DNA of 64,000 bases from Lama guanicoe. Lineage: Eukaryota. The notes under the pieces are model-generated. The model was not told where the DNA came from. It was given only the letters and a program-made list of their open reading frames with translations, and searched no databases. Of the stretch, positions 1 through 13,970 are shown piece by piece. Numbering within the stretch: position 1 is the stretch's first letter; each line of letters opens with the position of its first letter. A program made the translations under genes and the position numbers. Location of the stretch: assembly GCA_013239625.1 (NCBI GenBank), contig MU056050.1:1164084-1228083 (forward strand), written 5' to 3'.

Positions 1-5
1 TAATA

Positions 6-1457
6 TATTTTTAAAAATTTTTATAGTTTTAAAGGTAACTTTCCATTTACAGTTGTGATAAAACATTGGTTATATTCCTTTTATTATTCAGTACATCCTT
101 GAACCTATCTTACATGCAGTAGTTCATACCTCCCACTCTCCCACCCCTATATTGCCCCTCCCCCTCCACTGGGTAACCACTGGTTTGTTCTTTACATCTG
201 TGAGTCTGCTTTTTTATATTATATTCACTAGTTTGTTATATTTTTAGATTCTATATATAAGTGATATCATACAGCATTTATCTTTCTCTGACTTATTTCA
301 CTTAGCATAATACCCTCCAGGTCCATGCATGTTGTAGCATATGGCAAAATTTTGTTCTTTTTATGGCTGAGTAGTATTCCATTGTATATATACACCACAT
401 CTTTTTTATCCATTTATCCGTTGGTTAGTATTTAGATTGTTTCCATGTTTTGGCAATCATAAATATTGCTGCTATCAATATTGAGGTGCATGTATCTTTT
501 CAAATTTTTGGTTTTTTGGATATATACCCAGGAGTGGAGTTGCTGGGTCATAATGATAGTTCAACTTTTAGTTTTGTTTTTTTTTTTTTTTTTGAGAAAC
601 TTCCATACTGTTTTCCACAGTGACTGCACCAGTTTACATTCCCACTAACAGTGTACAAGGATCCCTTTTTTCTCCACATTCTCGCCAACATTTGATACTT
701 GTAGAGATTTAGGTGATAGCCATTCTGACAGGTGTGAGGTGATATCTCATTGTGGTTTTGACTTGCTCAATATCACTCACTAATCATCAGGGAGATGAGT
801 CTTTTTATGTGCCTGTTAGCCATCTGCATTTCTTCTTTGCAAAAAAATGTCTATTCAGTTCCTCTTCCCATTTTTGAATCGAGTTGTGTGTTTTTTGATA
901 TTGACTTGTATGAGCTATTTATATATGTTGGATATTAATCCCTTATCTATAAGTCTGATCATTTGTAAATATTTTGCCCTATTCAGTAGGCTGTCTTTTC
1001 ATTTTGTTGATGGTTTCCTTTGCTGTACAAAAGCTTTTAAGTTGAATTAGGTTCCATTTGTTTATTTTTGCTTTTATTTCCTTTCCTTTAGGAGACAGAT
1101 CCAAAAAATATTGCTTCGATTTACATCAAAAGGTGTTCTCCCTATGTTTTCCTCTAGGAGTTTTACAGTATCCAGTCTTACATTTAGCTATTTAATCCAT
1201 TATGAGTTTATTTTTGTATATGATGTTGGAGAAAGTTCTAATTTCATTCTTTTATATGTAAGTCTCCAGTTTTCCCAGCACTACTTTTTGGAGGGATTTT
1301 CTTTTATCTACTGTATATTCTTGCTCCCTTTGCTGTAGATTAATTGACCAAAATGTGTGGGCTTATTTCTGAGTTTTCTATCCTTTTCCATTGATCTATG
1401 TGTCTGTTTTTGTGCCACTACCATACTGTTCTGATTAGTGTAGTTATGTAGTATAGA
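6..1457 (-). mobile_element. LINE-1 3' part (ORF2 C-terminus, 3'UTR, A-rich tail); non-inverted half of a 5'-inverted insertion
   Basis: Reverse complement of the L1 3'UTR and ORF2 end, homologous to the copies at 7808-8860 and 22043-23540. T-rich tail at the window start. Ends at the codons for LYYKAT (~1440-1457). Confidence 0.92.
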
Positions 1458-2928
1458 TAAAAGGTAGAAGGCTCAAATAAAAAAAATCAGAAATGAAAAA
1501 GGAGAAGTCACAGTTGACACCACAGAAATACAAAAGATCATTAAGGGACTACTATGAAAAACTGTACACCAATAAAATGGACAATCTAGAAGAAATGTAC
1601 AAATTCTTAGAAAGGTACAGTCTCCCAAGACAGAACCAGGAAGAAATGGAAAATATGAATAGACCAAGTACTAGTACTTAAATTGAATCAGTAATTTTAA
1701 AACTCCCCCAAAGTAAAAGCTAAGGATCAAATGGCTTCAAAGGTGAATTCTACCAAACATTTAGAGAGAGTTAACACCTATCCTTCTGAAACTATTCCAG
1801 AAAATTGCAGAGGAAGGAAGACTTCCAAACTCATTCTATGAGGCTACCATAACCCTAATACTAAAACCAGACAAAGATGTCTTAAAAAAAATTACATTCC
1901 AATATCACTGATGAACATACATGCAAAAAGTCTCATCAAAATACTAGCAAAATCAAATCCAGTAACACATTAAAAGGATTATATACCACTATCAAATGTC
2001 AGTTATCTCAGAGGTGCAAAGATTTTTCAACACCTGCAGATCAGTTGATACACCACATTAACAACTGAAGGAAAAAAAATGATCATTTCAATAGGGGCAA
2101 AAAAAGGTATTAAGAAAATTCAGTGTCCATTAATGACCTAAACTCTCCAGAAAGTAGGCACAGGGGGAACATGCCTCAATAAAATAAAGGCCATATATGA
2201 CAAACCCACAGAAACATCATACACAATGGTGAAAAGTTGAAAGCATTCTCTCTAAGATCAGGAACAAGACAAGGATGTTCACTCTTGTCACTTTTATTCA
2301 ACATAGTTTTGGAAGTCTTAGCTACAGCCATCAGAGAAAAAAACAAATAAAAGGAATCAAAATTTTAAAGGAAGAAGTAAAATTGTCACTGCAGATGACA
2401 TACTACTATACATAGAGAATCCTAAAGATACCACTGGAAAACTACTAGAGCTCATCAATGAATTTGGTAAAATTGTAGGACAAAATTAATATACAGAAAT
2501 CTGTTGCATTTCTGTACCGTAACAGGGAGCTATCAGAGAAATTAAGGAAACAACCCCAGTTACCATCACATCAAAAGAATAAATTACTAAGGAATAAACC
2601 TACCTAGGGAGGCAAAATACCTGTTCTCCAAAAACTGTAAGACACTAATGAGAGAAATTGAGGATGACACAAATATGTGGAAAGATACAGTGTTCTTGGA
2701 TCGAAAGAATCAATACTGTTAAAATAACCATGCTACCCAAGGCAATCTACAGATTCAGCGCAATCCCTATCAAATTAACAGTGGCATTTTTCACAGAAGT
2801 AGAAAAAATAATTTTAAAATTTGTATGAAAATGTAAAAGATCTCAAAAAGCCAAAACAATCTTGAGAAAGAACAGAGCTGGAGGAATCACATTCTCTGAC
2901 TTCTTGAGACTATATTACAAAGCTACAC
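1458..2928 (+). mobile_element. LINE-1 ORF2 fragment including the RT domain; inverted half of the same insertion
   Basis: Plus-strand ORF2 remnant running from KIRNEKGEV (~1485) through ADDI (~2391) to LYYKAT (~2910-2928), with frameshifts and stops. Confidence 0.92.
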
Positions 2929-3435
2929 TGAGCAGTAATAATTTGAAATAAATTTTTTTTCTGAGTAATTGGTCTCAATAATGGGCTTAAAATATTCCGT
3001 CAAACATGTGGTCAACAGATGTGCTGTCACCTAGGCTTTGTTGTTCTATTTATAGAGTACAGGCAGAAAAAATTTAGTGCAATACTGAAGGTCCCTAGGA
3101 TTTTCAGAATGGTAATAAGCATTGGATTTAACTTCATCACCAACTGTATTAGCCCCTAACAGGAGAGACAGCCTGTCCTTTGAAGTTTTGAAACCAGGCA
3201 TTCACTTCTCCTCTCTAGGCCTATGAAAGTCCTAGATGGCATCTTCTTCCAAAAGAAGGCTGTTTCATTTACATTGAAAATCTGTTGTTTAGTGTAGCCA
3301 CCTTCATTAATTATCTTAGCAAATCTTCTGGATAACTTGCTGCAGCTTCTATGTCAGTAATACTACATCACCTTGTACTTTTATGTTATGGAGATGGCGT
3401 CTTCCCTTAAACCTCATGAACCATCCACTACTAGC
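2929..3435 (-). mobile_element. Tigger1 (TcMar-Tigger) transposase fragment
   Basis: The minus strand encodes degenerate WFMRFK...[37 protein letters not shown]...KDRLxLLLGAN, typical of Tigger1 transposase. Confidence 0.9.
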
Positions 3436-6110
3436 CCTGGATCCTGAAGATTTCTTCTTTGCTATTTTAAAAAGAAGTTTTATAATTTCACATTTTACAT
3501 TAAACTCTGTGATTCATTTTGAATTAATTGTGTAGGTGGTGAGATTTAGATTGAGGTTCGTTTTTTTGTTTTGTTTTGTTTTGTTTTGCCTGTGGATATA
3601 CAGATGCTCCAGAACCATGTGTTGAAAAGTTATCTTTCCTCCATTAAACTCCTTTTGCTCTTTTGTCAAAAATCACATGGGCATATCTGTATGGATCTAT
3701 TTCTGGATTTCTATTCTGCTTTATTTGTTCCTCTGTCAGTATCACCCTCTTATGATTACTGTGGCTGTACAGTAAGCCTTAATATCAGCTAGAATGAGAC
3801 CACAAGATACCATTCTACTTTTTAAAGATTGTTTTAGTTATTCCAGGACCCAAGCCTTTTCATGTTAGTTTTATGGTAATCTCATCTGTTTCTGCAGAAG
3901 TTTTGCTTGTATTTTGATAGGTATTGTGTTAAGATATTTGATAGGTATTGTCTATTTATCAGTTTGTGGAGAATTGATCTTTACTATTGTGAGTCTTTTA
4001 GTGCATGAAAAGTGTATGTCTTTCAAGTTATTGTGATACTCATTGATTTCTTTCATCAGCATCAACATATCCTGGACATGTGTTATTAGATTTACACTGA
4101 AGTGTTTTTTGAGCAATTTTAATGGTAATACATTTTAATATCAGTGTCCATGTTTTTGTTGCTTCCCTATAGAAATATATTTGATATTTTATGTTTATCT
4201 TATATCCCTGTGACCTTTCTGAACACACTTATTAGTTCTAGGTGTTTTTTTTGTGTGTATATTCTTGTATTTTCTATCATGTTATCTATAATTGGGACAG
4301 TTTTATTTCTTTCTTTCTCATTTGCATGACTTTTCTTTTATTAGAGGCTAAAACTTCTAACATTATGATGATTAAGAGTAATCAGAGTAGACATACTTTG
4401 TTCCTAAGCCTAAAGGCAAAACGTTTGTCTTTAATCGTTAAGTATAATGTAAGACATAGGTCTGTGAATATGTTCTTCATCAGGTTGAGGGCGCTCCCCT
4501 CTGTTCCTATTTTTCTGACAGTTTTTGTCATGAAAGTGTGTTGAATTTTGTTTTATGCTTTTTTGTGTCAATTGACATGACAATGTCATTTTTCTTATTT
4601 AGTCTGTTAATATGGTGATTATGTTAATTTATTTTTAAATATGAAAAGATTCTTGCATCCCTGCAATACAACTCACTGTGTGTGATTGTTTTTATATATC
4701 GCTGGATTCTGTTGGTTAATGTTTGTGAAGACTTTCCAATTTCTTTTGGACTCCATGCCTTCTGCTGGTAAGTCCATTGACATTTTGTTTTTCTCCTGTA
4801 GGTAATGTCTTATTTGTCTATGCCTGCTTTTTAGGTTTTTTAAATTCAATTTTTAGAAGCTTGTTTATTATGTTTCTTGATGTCAATTTCTTTGAGTTTA
4901 TCATGTTTGTATGTCTCTTAAGTTCTTGAATCTTTAGTTTCATGGTTTCATTTTTTTTTTCTTCCGAATTTGGGAACTTTCCGGATCACTTATTTCTCTG
5001 AATACTTGTTTAGCTCCACTTTCTTCACCCTCTCCTTCTGAGACCCCAAAGAAATGAATGTTAGATCCTTCATTATAATCTCACACTTCTCTCAGGTTTT
5101 GCTCTTTTTTTTTTTTCAGCCTGTTTTTTTCTCTTGTTCTGATTGGGTGATTTCTAGTTTTCTGTCATTTTGTTCATTGATTCCTTCATCCTTGTCCTTC
5201 ACTTAACTCTTAGGTTCATCCATGAAAGTTTTTAAAATTTGAGTTATTATATTCTTCAGTTTCAAATTTTCCACCTGGTTCTGAATAAATTCTATTTCTT
5301 TGTTAAGCCATTTTTTTCATTTGTTTTAAGCATGTACATAATTGGTTGTTGAAGCATTATTATGATTGCTGCTTTAATTTCTTTGTGAAAAACTGACATT
5401 CTGTCACTGGTGTTGGTATCTATTTATTATCTTTTTCATTCAGTTTAAGATCCTCCTGTTTCTTCACATACTGAGTAATTTTCTGTTGAGAGCTTGGCAA
5501 TCTGTATATTATACTGTGAGACTCAGAATCTTATTTAAATCTTCAGTTTTAACTGATTTCCTTTGGCACCTCTCCGGTAGTAGGATGGAGAAGTAACTCT
5601 GCAGTGGAAGTGCTTGTTACTGTGTGGTGGGTTTGAAAGTCCTAGATCTTTACTCAGCCTTTTCTAACATCATCTACAGGGGTTACTTTGCTACCCCCTG
5701 CTAAGGTTAGTAGTCTTGATTCTCTACTTGATCTTTGCTGGTATGGGTAGTCTTGAGATCAGTTAGTTTCATGGTACCAGGCTAGATTAGAGCCCTTATT
5801 TTCTTAAAGTTTCTTGTCTTGATAGGCTGCCTCTTTCATCGTCCTATGACAAGATAGAGCAGTTTTTTCCTGCACTCCTTGGCATTTTCAGGTTGCTGAT
5901 TACTTAATTTCCCAGTGTGTGATTCATGGGCTGGGGGAGAAAACAGAGAACTCACCATTGTGCTGTTTCTTGGTTCCTGAAATTTCTAGCTGCTCTTTCT
6001 CCTGCTCTCCACTTCTCAGTGTTCTTAAGTTTGTTTTATATATATATAATGTTTAGGATTGTTAGTTGTACTTAGCAGAAGGAATAGGAAATTTTTTTGT
6101 GGAAGTAGAA
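3436..6110 (-). mobile_element. Old L1M fragments (ORF2 pieces followed by 5'/ORF1-region pieces)
   Basis: Degenerate antisense L1 motifs such as tgtggatatacagatgctccagaaccat and tgttgaattttg. Confidence 0.7.
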
Positions 6111-6114
6111 GTCC

Positions 6115-6215
6115 TTGTTATCCAGTTTTATAGATGAAGAAATACAGACTGAAATGGGGTAAATAATTTCCTCTAATATCACAGAGCTAAGTAAGCAGAA
6201 GAACTAGGCTTCTCT
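6115..6215 (-). mobile_element. MIR SINE fragment
   Basis: ttatccagttttatagatgaagaaatacagact...atcacagagctaagtaagcaga matches the MIR core in antisense. Confidence 0.7.
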
Positions 6216-7564
6216 CCTCCTAGTCTGTCTTCTTCCAGCATTGTTATAAACTCACTGTAGTGCTAGACTCCTCTTTTATTTTAGGCCTTCAAATTTTATC
6301 ATCAATAAAAAAATTGAGGAGTAATTTTTATCTTCACACTTGCTTCTAAAACCACATGGCATATTCTAAAAGACACAATTAGCCAATTATATCATTACTG
6401 ATTTAGAGAATTATGGATTAAAAAGTTTTAAAAATTATTTTATCTTTTTGTAGTTTAGTTAAATGTCAACTTCAGGGATAGTGTTTTAAACAGTTATTTA
6501 TTTCTTCATTTTTATTAATCAATTACATTTATGATTGAATCTTTATATTTGCAATGGTTTAAAAATAGAGTTTCTTTAAGTTTTCCTAGTATATTTAAAT
6601 TATGATTTCATTTGTAAGCTATTCAGAAAACTTTTTTAGGAGCATGCCCTTCCTTATGATGTGTTAATAATACCCTTTTTTTTCATGCATGAAGGACAAC
6701 TCATTGTGCATTTCCCTTGTGTGATGTAAAAGCTACTGTAGTGAGTATAACCCTTTATGCCATCCTCTGTCATTTTTCAAGTCAGTCCCAGAAAGGAGTT
6801 TTGTTCTACATGCTTCTTGAAATATAGTATGGGTCCATTAATGTTTCAGATTTACAACCTTTATTTCTTACCCTGCAGGGTAGAGAGTGAACTGTCATAT
6901 ATCTGTAGAGAAAAGCATTTTGTGTAATAAAATATAAAGAGCAGACTCTTTTTGTACATTCTTCCCTTTTCCCACCCTCCACACTACAGTTCCCTTGCCT
7001 TTTAAGCAGTTATTTTAAGTACACATCAAAATATGAAAACATATAATCTAACTGCTAGTGAAGCTCAAAGATATAAAAAGGCTTAGGGAAGGTTTAGAAG
7101 AGAGCTTGACAACCATTGTTTTATGAAAGGGTTACAGGTGAGCCTGAAATTTTGATTCCCTGAGGCTTTAGGTGGCCAAGTATGGCCTGGGATAGTCAAA
7201 GCCTCTGAGCCTGGTGACATTCTGGATATGGTCAGCATTTATATGTATCATGAAGAAATTAAGCTTAGGTAGCACTGACTTCATTAGATATATTCACAAA
7301 GGCCTAATTCATTCACGCATTTTAGTTCATAAGCAGTATCTGAAATAAGCATTCAGATCTTATTTTAATATGTAGGAGAAACAAGTACCCTTGAAGTAGG
7401 ATGGTAAACCTTTAGGTTGTTACTATGTTTTGGGAACTTATTGTTCAGTATCATTTTTAGAGACAAAATACCGGACTAGTGGGGCAGCATGGAGTACTGA
7501 ATAAAAATAAGACCTGGTGTAAGGCGGAGCTGGGGCAAATTCCTACCTGGGCCATTTAATAATA

Positions 7565-7762
7565 GAATAGAGCATTGGTTAATGCTATGGTCTTTGGAGT
7601 CAGACTACCCTGGAAATTAAATTAAAGCTCTGGTAATTACCAACTCTGTGACCTTGGGCAAGTTATTCAACTTCTGTCTCATTTACAAATCTCTGAAATT
7701 GTGCCATTAGTGGTAACATACCTCATAGAATCACTTTGAGATCAAAGGAGTTAATGTTTAGA
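7565..7762 (+). mobile_element. MIR SINE
   Basis: ctttggagtcagact...tgtgaccttgggcaagttattcaacttct...acctcataga. Confidence 0.8.
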
Positions 7763-7807
7763 GATACGATTACTTTCATATGCCTATGAGCATCTTGGTA
7801 GAAAGGT

Positions 7808-8860
7808 ATTTTCTTTTTTGTTTTCCTTAATTTTTTTTTTGTTTTTTTTGTTTTTTTTATATGTATATATTTTTTGAAGTATAGTCAGTTTACTATGCTG
7901 TGTCAATTTCTGGTGTACAGCACCATGCTTCAGTCATACATGAACATACATATATTCATTTTCATATTCTCTTTCACCATAAGTTACTACAAGATATTGA
8001 ATATGGTTCCCTGGGCTATACAGTATAAACTTGTTGTTTATCTACTTTTTATATATATTAGTATCTGCAAATCTCAAACTCCCAATTTATCACTTCCTAC
8101 CCACTTCCCCCACTGGTAACCATAAGTTTGTTTTCTATGTCTGTGAGTCTATCTCTGTTTTGTAAATAAGTTTGTCTTTTTTTTTTTTTTGTTTCCACAT
8201 ATAAGTGATCTCATATTTTTCTTTCTATTTCTGGCTTACTTCACTTAGAATGATATTTTCCAGGTCCATCCATGTTGCTGCAAATGACATTATTTTATTT
8301 TATTTTTATGGCTGAGTAGTATTCCACTGTATAAATATACTACAGCCTCTTTATCCAGTCATCTGTTGATGGACATTTAGGCTGTTTCCATGTTTTGACT
8401 ATTGTAAATAGTGCTGCTATGAACATTGGGGTGCATGTATCTTTTTGAATTAAGGTTCCCTTTGGATATATGTCCAGAAGTGGGATTGTTGGATCATATG
8501 GCAAGTTTATTTTCAGTCTTGAGAGGAATCTCTATAGTGTTTTCCATAATGGATGCAGCAAATTACTTTCACACCAACAGTGTTGGAGGGTTCCCTTTTC
8601 TTCACAACCTCTCCAGCATTTATTGTTTGTGGACTTTGGAATGATGGCCATACTGACTGATGAGAGGTGATACCTCATTGTAGTTTTGATTTGCATTTCT
8701 CTGATAATTAGTGATACTGAGCATGTTTTCTTATGCCTATTGGCCATTTGTATGTCTTTATTGGACAATTGCTTGTTTAGGTTTTCAGCCCATTTTTGGA
8801 TTGAGTTGTTTGGTTTTTTTATTAAGTTGTTTGAGCTGTTTATATATTCTGGAAATTAAG
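7808..8860 (-). mobile_element. Young 5'-truncated LINE-1 (ORF2 C-terminus, 3'UTR, polyA)
   Basis: T tract at 7808-7875. ORF 8532-8768(-) contains [15 protein letters not shown]...[18 protein letters not shown], the L1 ORF2 Cys-rich C-terminus. Confidence 0.93.
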
Positions 8861-9135
8861 TACTGCATTTCTTTTTATGGTGAACTGATGTTCCAGTATA
8901 TGGATATCCTACATTTTCTTTATCCACTTTCAATGAGTGGACATTTGATGTGTTTTAACCTTTGGCTTTTGTGAGTAATTCTAAGAACATTGGTTTACAA
9001 GTTTTTGTGTGAACATGTTTCCATTTTTCTTGGGTATATACTTTGGAGTCTAATTGCTGAGTCAATTGGTGACTCTATCTTTAACTTTTTGAGGAAATGC
9101 CAGACTGTTTTCTAAACTGGCTTCCCCACCTTCAT
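8861..9135 (-). mobile_element. Old L1M 3' fragment
   Basis: ggacatttgatgtgttt...ttttgaggaaatgccagactgttttc. Confidence 0.65.
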
Positions 9136-9374
9136 TTTTGAAGAGTGTGTTTCAGCATATATATCTAAGATGACAGGCTTTTTTCCCCTTTCTTACAGCA
9201 TTTTAATGTTGCTCTTCCATTGTCTTTTAGCATTTTTTGAATATGATGAGAAGTTGCCACCATTCTTACAACTTTTTCCTCCAAGTTAATGCATGTTTTT
9301 TATATTTATGGTCCATGAAAATGTTTATCTTGTTTTGAATATGAATTCATCCTTTTTTTGTTTCCTCTCTTTAT

Positions 9375-9590
9375 CAAGGCTCACAAGCTTACTCTGTTAG
9401 GGCCAGATAGTGAGTATTTTAGGCTTTTCAGGCCAAATGATCTCTGTCATAACTACTCAACTGCCATTAACATGAAAGCAGCTATGGAAAAAGCAAAAAT
9501 AAATGGATGTGGCTGTATTCCAATAAAACTTTATTTATTAAAAAGAAGTGTGGTGGGTCAGAATTTATCTGTAGACTCCAGTATGTTGTC
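9375..9590 (-). mobile_element. MER58A-like hAT-Charlie MITE
   Basis: gggccagatagtgagtattttaggcttt...ggatgtggctgtattccaataaaactttattta. Confidence 0.8.
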
Positions 9591-12500
9591 TTTTGTTCTT
9601 TATAGTTTCTGTCATTATTAAGTGTGGAGGCCAAAAGTTTAACTTGAAGAATAAACTCTGTGGACCAAGACTGGAATCAGCATTTACTGTTTGGTCTGTG
9701 ACTGAAGTTTTGATTCTTATTTTTACCTAAATGTTATTAAGGGTAATTTAAAAAACTTTTGTGGTTTTAGTTTTTTGTTGTCGTTGCTGTTGTTGCTCCC
9801 AGTTACTAATTTCTAGTTGCATTGCACTAGAGAGTATTGCATCCTGTATAATTAATGCTTTGTACAATTTATTGAGCTCTCCTTTGTGGCTTGATAGAAG
9901 ATCAATTTAAAAACCTATGGGTACAAGAATAATCTTAGTTCCTTGGTTATAATAGTCCAAAGATTACTCTTAAATTAATACTATTAATTGCAATATTTAG
10001 ATCTTTATTATTCTAAATTAGATTTTGGCAATTCAGTTAATGAAAAATTGACGAAAATTAGAAAAACCATTATTTTTTTTCTAGGTATTTTCCTTTTATC
10101 GATAACCATTACATCTGCATTTTATTTTTCTCTTATAGCTATATAATAGACTGTTGCATGAGACTTCATATTCACCTGAACTTGGAGAGTTAGTTTCCAA
10201 AGCTGGGGATAGAAATATGTCAAATACTCTACAACTTTAAATAAAGCCACACAAGTCAGGGGTTAGACACTCCCTTCAGGTCTTATTAAGCAAAGCAATC
10301 TGGCTTTGCTTTCCATGGTCATCACCACTGGATTCTGATGCTTTCCCTTTCTAGAAAATAAATATTAACAGTCTGTGCACTGGGCAGACTTTTGGAGTAC
10401 TGAGCCATTGACCTATTGAGGTATGCTGTAAGTGTTCCTTGTCTTTTCATAAGGAAAGGTGAAAGTGCTTCTCCCATCCCCAAGCCACTGTAAGGGGCTT
10501 CCCAGGGATTACTTGTGGAGGTTGAGTGTACCTACGTGCAAAGTGTATTGGAATCTCTTTCTCTTTTGGATACTTGCTTATCTAGTGATCTTGTACTTAA
10601 ATAAGCCTAGGGGAAAAGGGATTAGGGGGCAATGTCAGGCCAAGGAGTGGGGACAGCACCTTGGATTCTCTGTGTTTGATGTGCTAAGGAAGTGGATTTC
10701 TGTGGATCCAGTGGGCATTGAAGAAATTAGTTGACCTTGAACCATAGTTCAAAAGGCCTAACTACCAAATAACAGGACCTTAGTATCAAAGTCTATGAAA
10801 TATGCTGTAGTGGATTAGATCTGGGGTTGAAAGTGGAAGAGGCCAAATCCAACTTTTAAAAATCAGATATTAAGAAGGACCTTCTACGGGACTCCCTACA
10901 AAAATGAGAATATGTCCTGCAAGAGAGTCTCTCTCTCTCTCTCTCACCTGTGTTAACAGAAAATGTTACTTGTCTGCAGTGTTTACTAGGGGAGCATTGG
11001 GAGAGAAGAAAATACCACCCAGGCATCTAGTTATGTACGAGAACCACTGCTATTTCTCCTGTTTCCTTTTATATCCCAGAGAAGCTAGAACCAGAAGAGA
11101 GGGAAGAGGGGTTAAATGAGCCATAATAAGACCATACCTTCTCCCCTCTGCAGGTACCTTGGTCTGAAAGTCTAGTAAAATCTGGAGGGAAGGGAGGAAA
11201 TGAGTTTAGAGGTTTTAATTAAGATATGTGCTGTTTAATAATCACTGAAAGTGACCAGCTATGGAAACTACCAGAAATGTCATTAAATGGATTGAGAAGA
11301 CAGATTCAACAGGGCATGACCAAAGGCAATGACTGGAAAAAATAAAACCATTTGTTATTCATATCTCACAGAATTTGGTGGGTTTAAGAAATCAGTTATT
11401 TATATTTTGCCAGATAATTATTTAATAGTTAAATTATTTATTGCACTAAGAATCTTATGCTTTATCAATATAAAATGAACTTTTTGTCCCATTTAATGCT
11501 TTATGTTTTGAATTTCACGTTAGTTGGTATTTTGCAACCCCTGCTTTCCTTTTGTTTTCATTTGTATAACATTTTTTGTTTATCTTTTTAAAACATTTTC
11601 TTTCATAAATTGTTTTTCAACTCAGTGTAGCACACGCATATCTATATCCATGTATCCAATCTCAGCTGGGAGTTTAACTTATTCACATTTGTTTAAGTGA
11701 CTAATGTGATTGATTTACTTCTGCCAATTTGTTTTCTATGCTTTCCCTTTGTTTTCTTTTAGTATAAAGATTTCACTTATGTTTTCCAGTGACTTAGAGG
11801 ATGTTTTATAGTCTCATAATAGTAACCTTAATGTTGTTCAAAGGCATTCTTTAACTTCTTCAAATTACTGAATCAAAAAGAAAATTAATGTGACTGTTCC
11901 ATATTTGAGATAGCATATTTAGAACACTTTTAATTCTGTTTCTCTCTTCAGCGTCTTGTGTCACTGTAATCAGAATTTCTATTTAAATATTTGCTATTCC
12001 ATTTGTCTATCATATCTATATCTATGCACATACACACACATATGGTTATACATCTTCATACTTGAAAATATTTTTAAACTTACGTTTAATATGATTGCAT
12101 TTGTAAAAGTTATTTAGAGTTGTCTCTATTTTAACTGATTTCAGTGCTCACCATTCCTTTTCCATCTTGACTATACTGTTTTTGAACTCTATTTTTGCTA
12201 TTCTCTTTGTCGGCTGCAATATACATGCAAACACTTCTTTTAAAAAAATTCATAAATAGTGTGTTTTCAGACATCTTGATATCTAAGCTGGTCTTTCACT
12301 TGCCATCACACATGAAAAATGAATAAATAAGGTATAAGATACTCCTTCAAATTTATTATGAAATTAAGTGTTATAATAAAGTTTGAGGACAGCCTGATTT
12401 TTATTCCTTTATAGTTAAAATGTTTTGTCAACCTAGACATTAGACAATTGTTTTTCTTAATAAATATAGTTCAAATATTAATGTTCCCTTTAGATGACTA

Positions 12501-13970
12501 TTTTCATTTATGGGAATTTATTCCTAAGAAGATAGGCATTATTTCTGGGTATTTTCCGAGTCATGTAGAAAGTCTCTGAATTCAAGGACTAGGAAATAGG
12601 AGGGTAAGTGGATGATGCCAACTCTGCAGACAGATATCTTTTAGCTGCATTGAATTGAGGATTTTACATCACAAAAGGCTGGGAATAGCCAAATGGTTTC
12701 ACCTATTCTTCATTCTCAAAACACTTAATAGGACAATAGCTACAGGTTTGAATGGAAAAGAGGGGAGGCATTTATTCTGAATCTGGTTGTTTGTTTATAC
12801 TTTACCCAGATCAGAGACTGTGAGACCCTGGCGATATTTAATTACAATGTCTGTCTCTGGAGGGAATTATCTTTGCTTTATTTGGGTACAAAAAGCAGAA
12901 TTTCCCCTAACAGGTTAAGGGAGGTGGGGTTTTTCAAGAAAGAGCCTTGATACCAGTGCATTTTAATCTCCTATTACTTATCACTAATTTCAGAAATGCA
13001 AAGGTTATGGGTAAGGAGCACAGTGACTTTGGCCCAACTTTATAATGCACCCTATGTTCTACTAAGCAAAAAAAAAAAACAAAAAAAAAACGGTGGCCAG
13101 GATAATGCTTTGAACATCTATCTTCTCCTTAGGCTAAAGCCATATGAAATAAAGTTGCTCTGTCAAAAGGGATACTGATTTTAAAGTTTGCCAACAGTAA
13201 GTAAGTATCCTCTTTTTCACACTCTTCTCTACCTGGCGTTTTGGCATCCTTTTGAATCTCTGTCATTCTTATATACAAAAAAAAAAGGGGGTTTTAACTT
13301 TAATTACTACTGATGTCACATACTTCTTAATATGTTTTTTCAGCACTTATATTGCTTCTTTTGTATGTTGCCATGTTTCCTAAAATAATGATGATTATAT
13401 TTGTCTTAATGATTAGCAAGCTTGTTTTTGGCATATATATTGCAAGGTTTCCTAATTTGTTAGCTATATTTGTGTGTGTGTGTTTATATATTTGATTGTT
13501 GTTGTTTCATCTATGTATTTCAACACTTGTATTTAGTCCAATTTATCAATTATTACTATTTTTATTTCTCATTTTAATATTTTTCATATTTAGAAATCAG
13601 TCTCTCAAACCATCTATAAAAATTATCAACTAAAATTTTTCTAGTACTTTTATAATTTATTTTATATTTAAAACTTTGAACCATTTACAGGTTGTTTTGA
13701 GAGTTATGATAGAAGCATTTTTTTTTCATGGTTTGCTACTACATGACTGCTTTTTTTCCATCAACACCACTTAATGAATAATTTTTTTTCTTTGTTGATT
13801 TGAGATGCCACACTTAGCATATATACATTCCCATATATCCTTAGGTTTATTTGAAGATCTCATTCTTTTGTATTGATCTGTTCTCGTCCCAAAACCATCT
13901 TGTTTCAAATAATGTCACTAAGTAATAAATTTTGATGTCTGACAGGACAAGTCATTATCTAATTTCTTAT

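Noticed and set aside
466..1338. Hydrophobic plus-strand ORFs resembling membrane proteins (also at 22511-24891, 33567-37641 and 63648-63988)
   Set aside because: Antisense translations of A-rich L1 sequence.
10180..11400. Possible ancient LTR (also 12550-12950)
   Set aside because: The composition is suggestive, but I could not identify termini, TSDs or a family.
13133..13196. Exon-like segment (tcttctccttAG ... ACA|GTAAGT)
   Set aside because: Stops in all three frames and no other support; it cannot be excluded as a non-coding exon.
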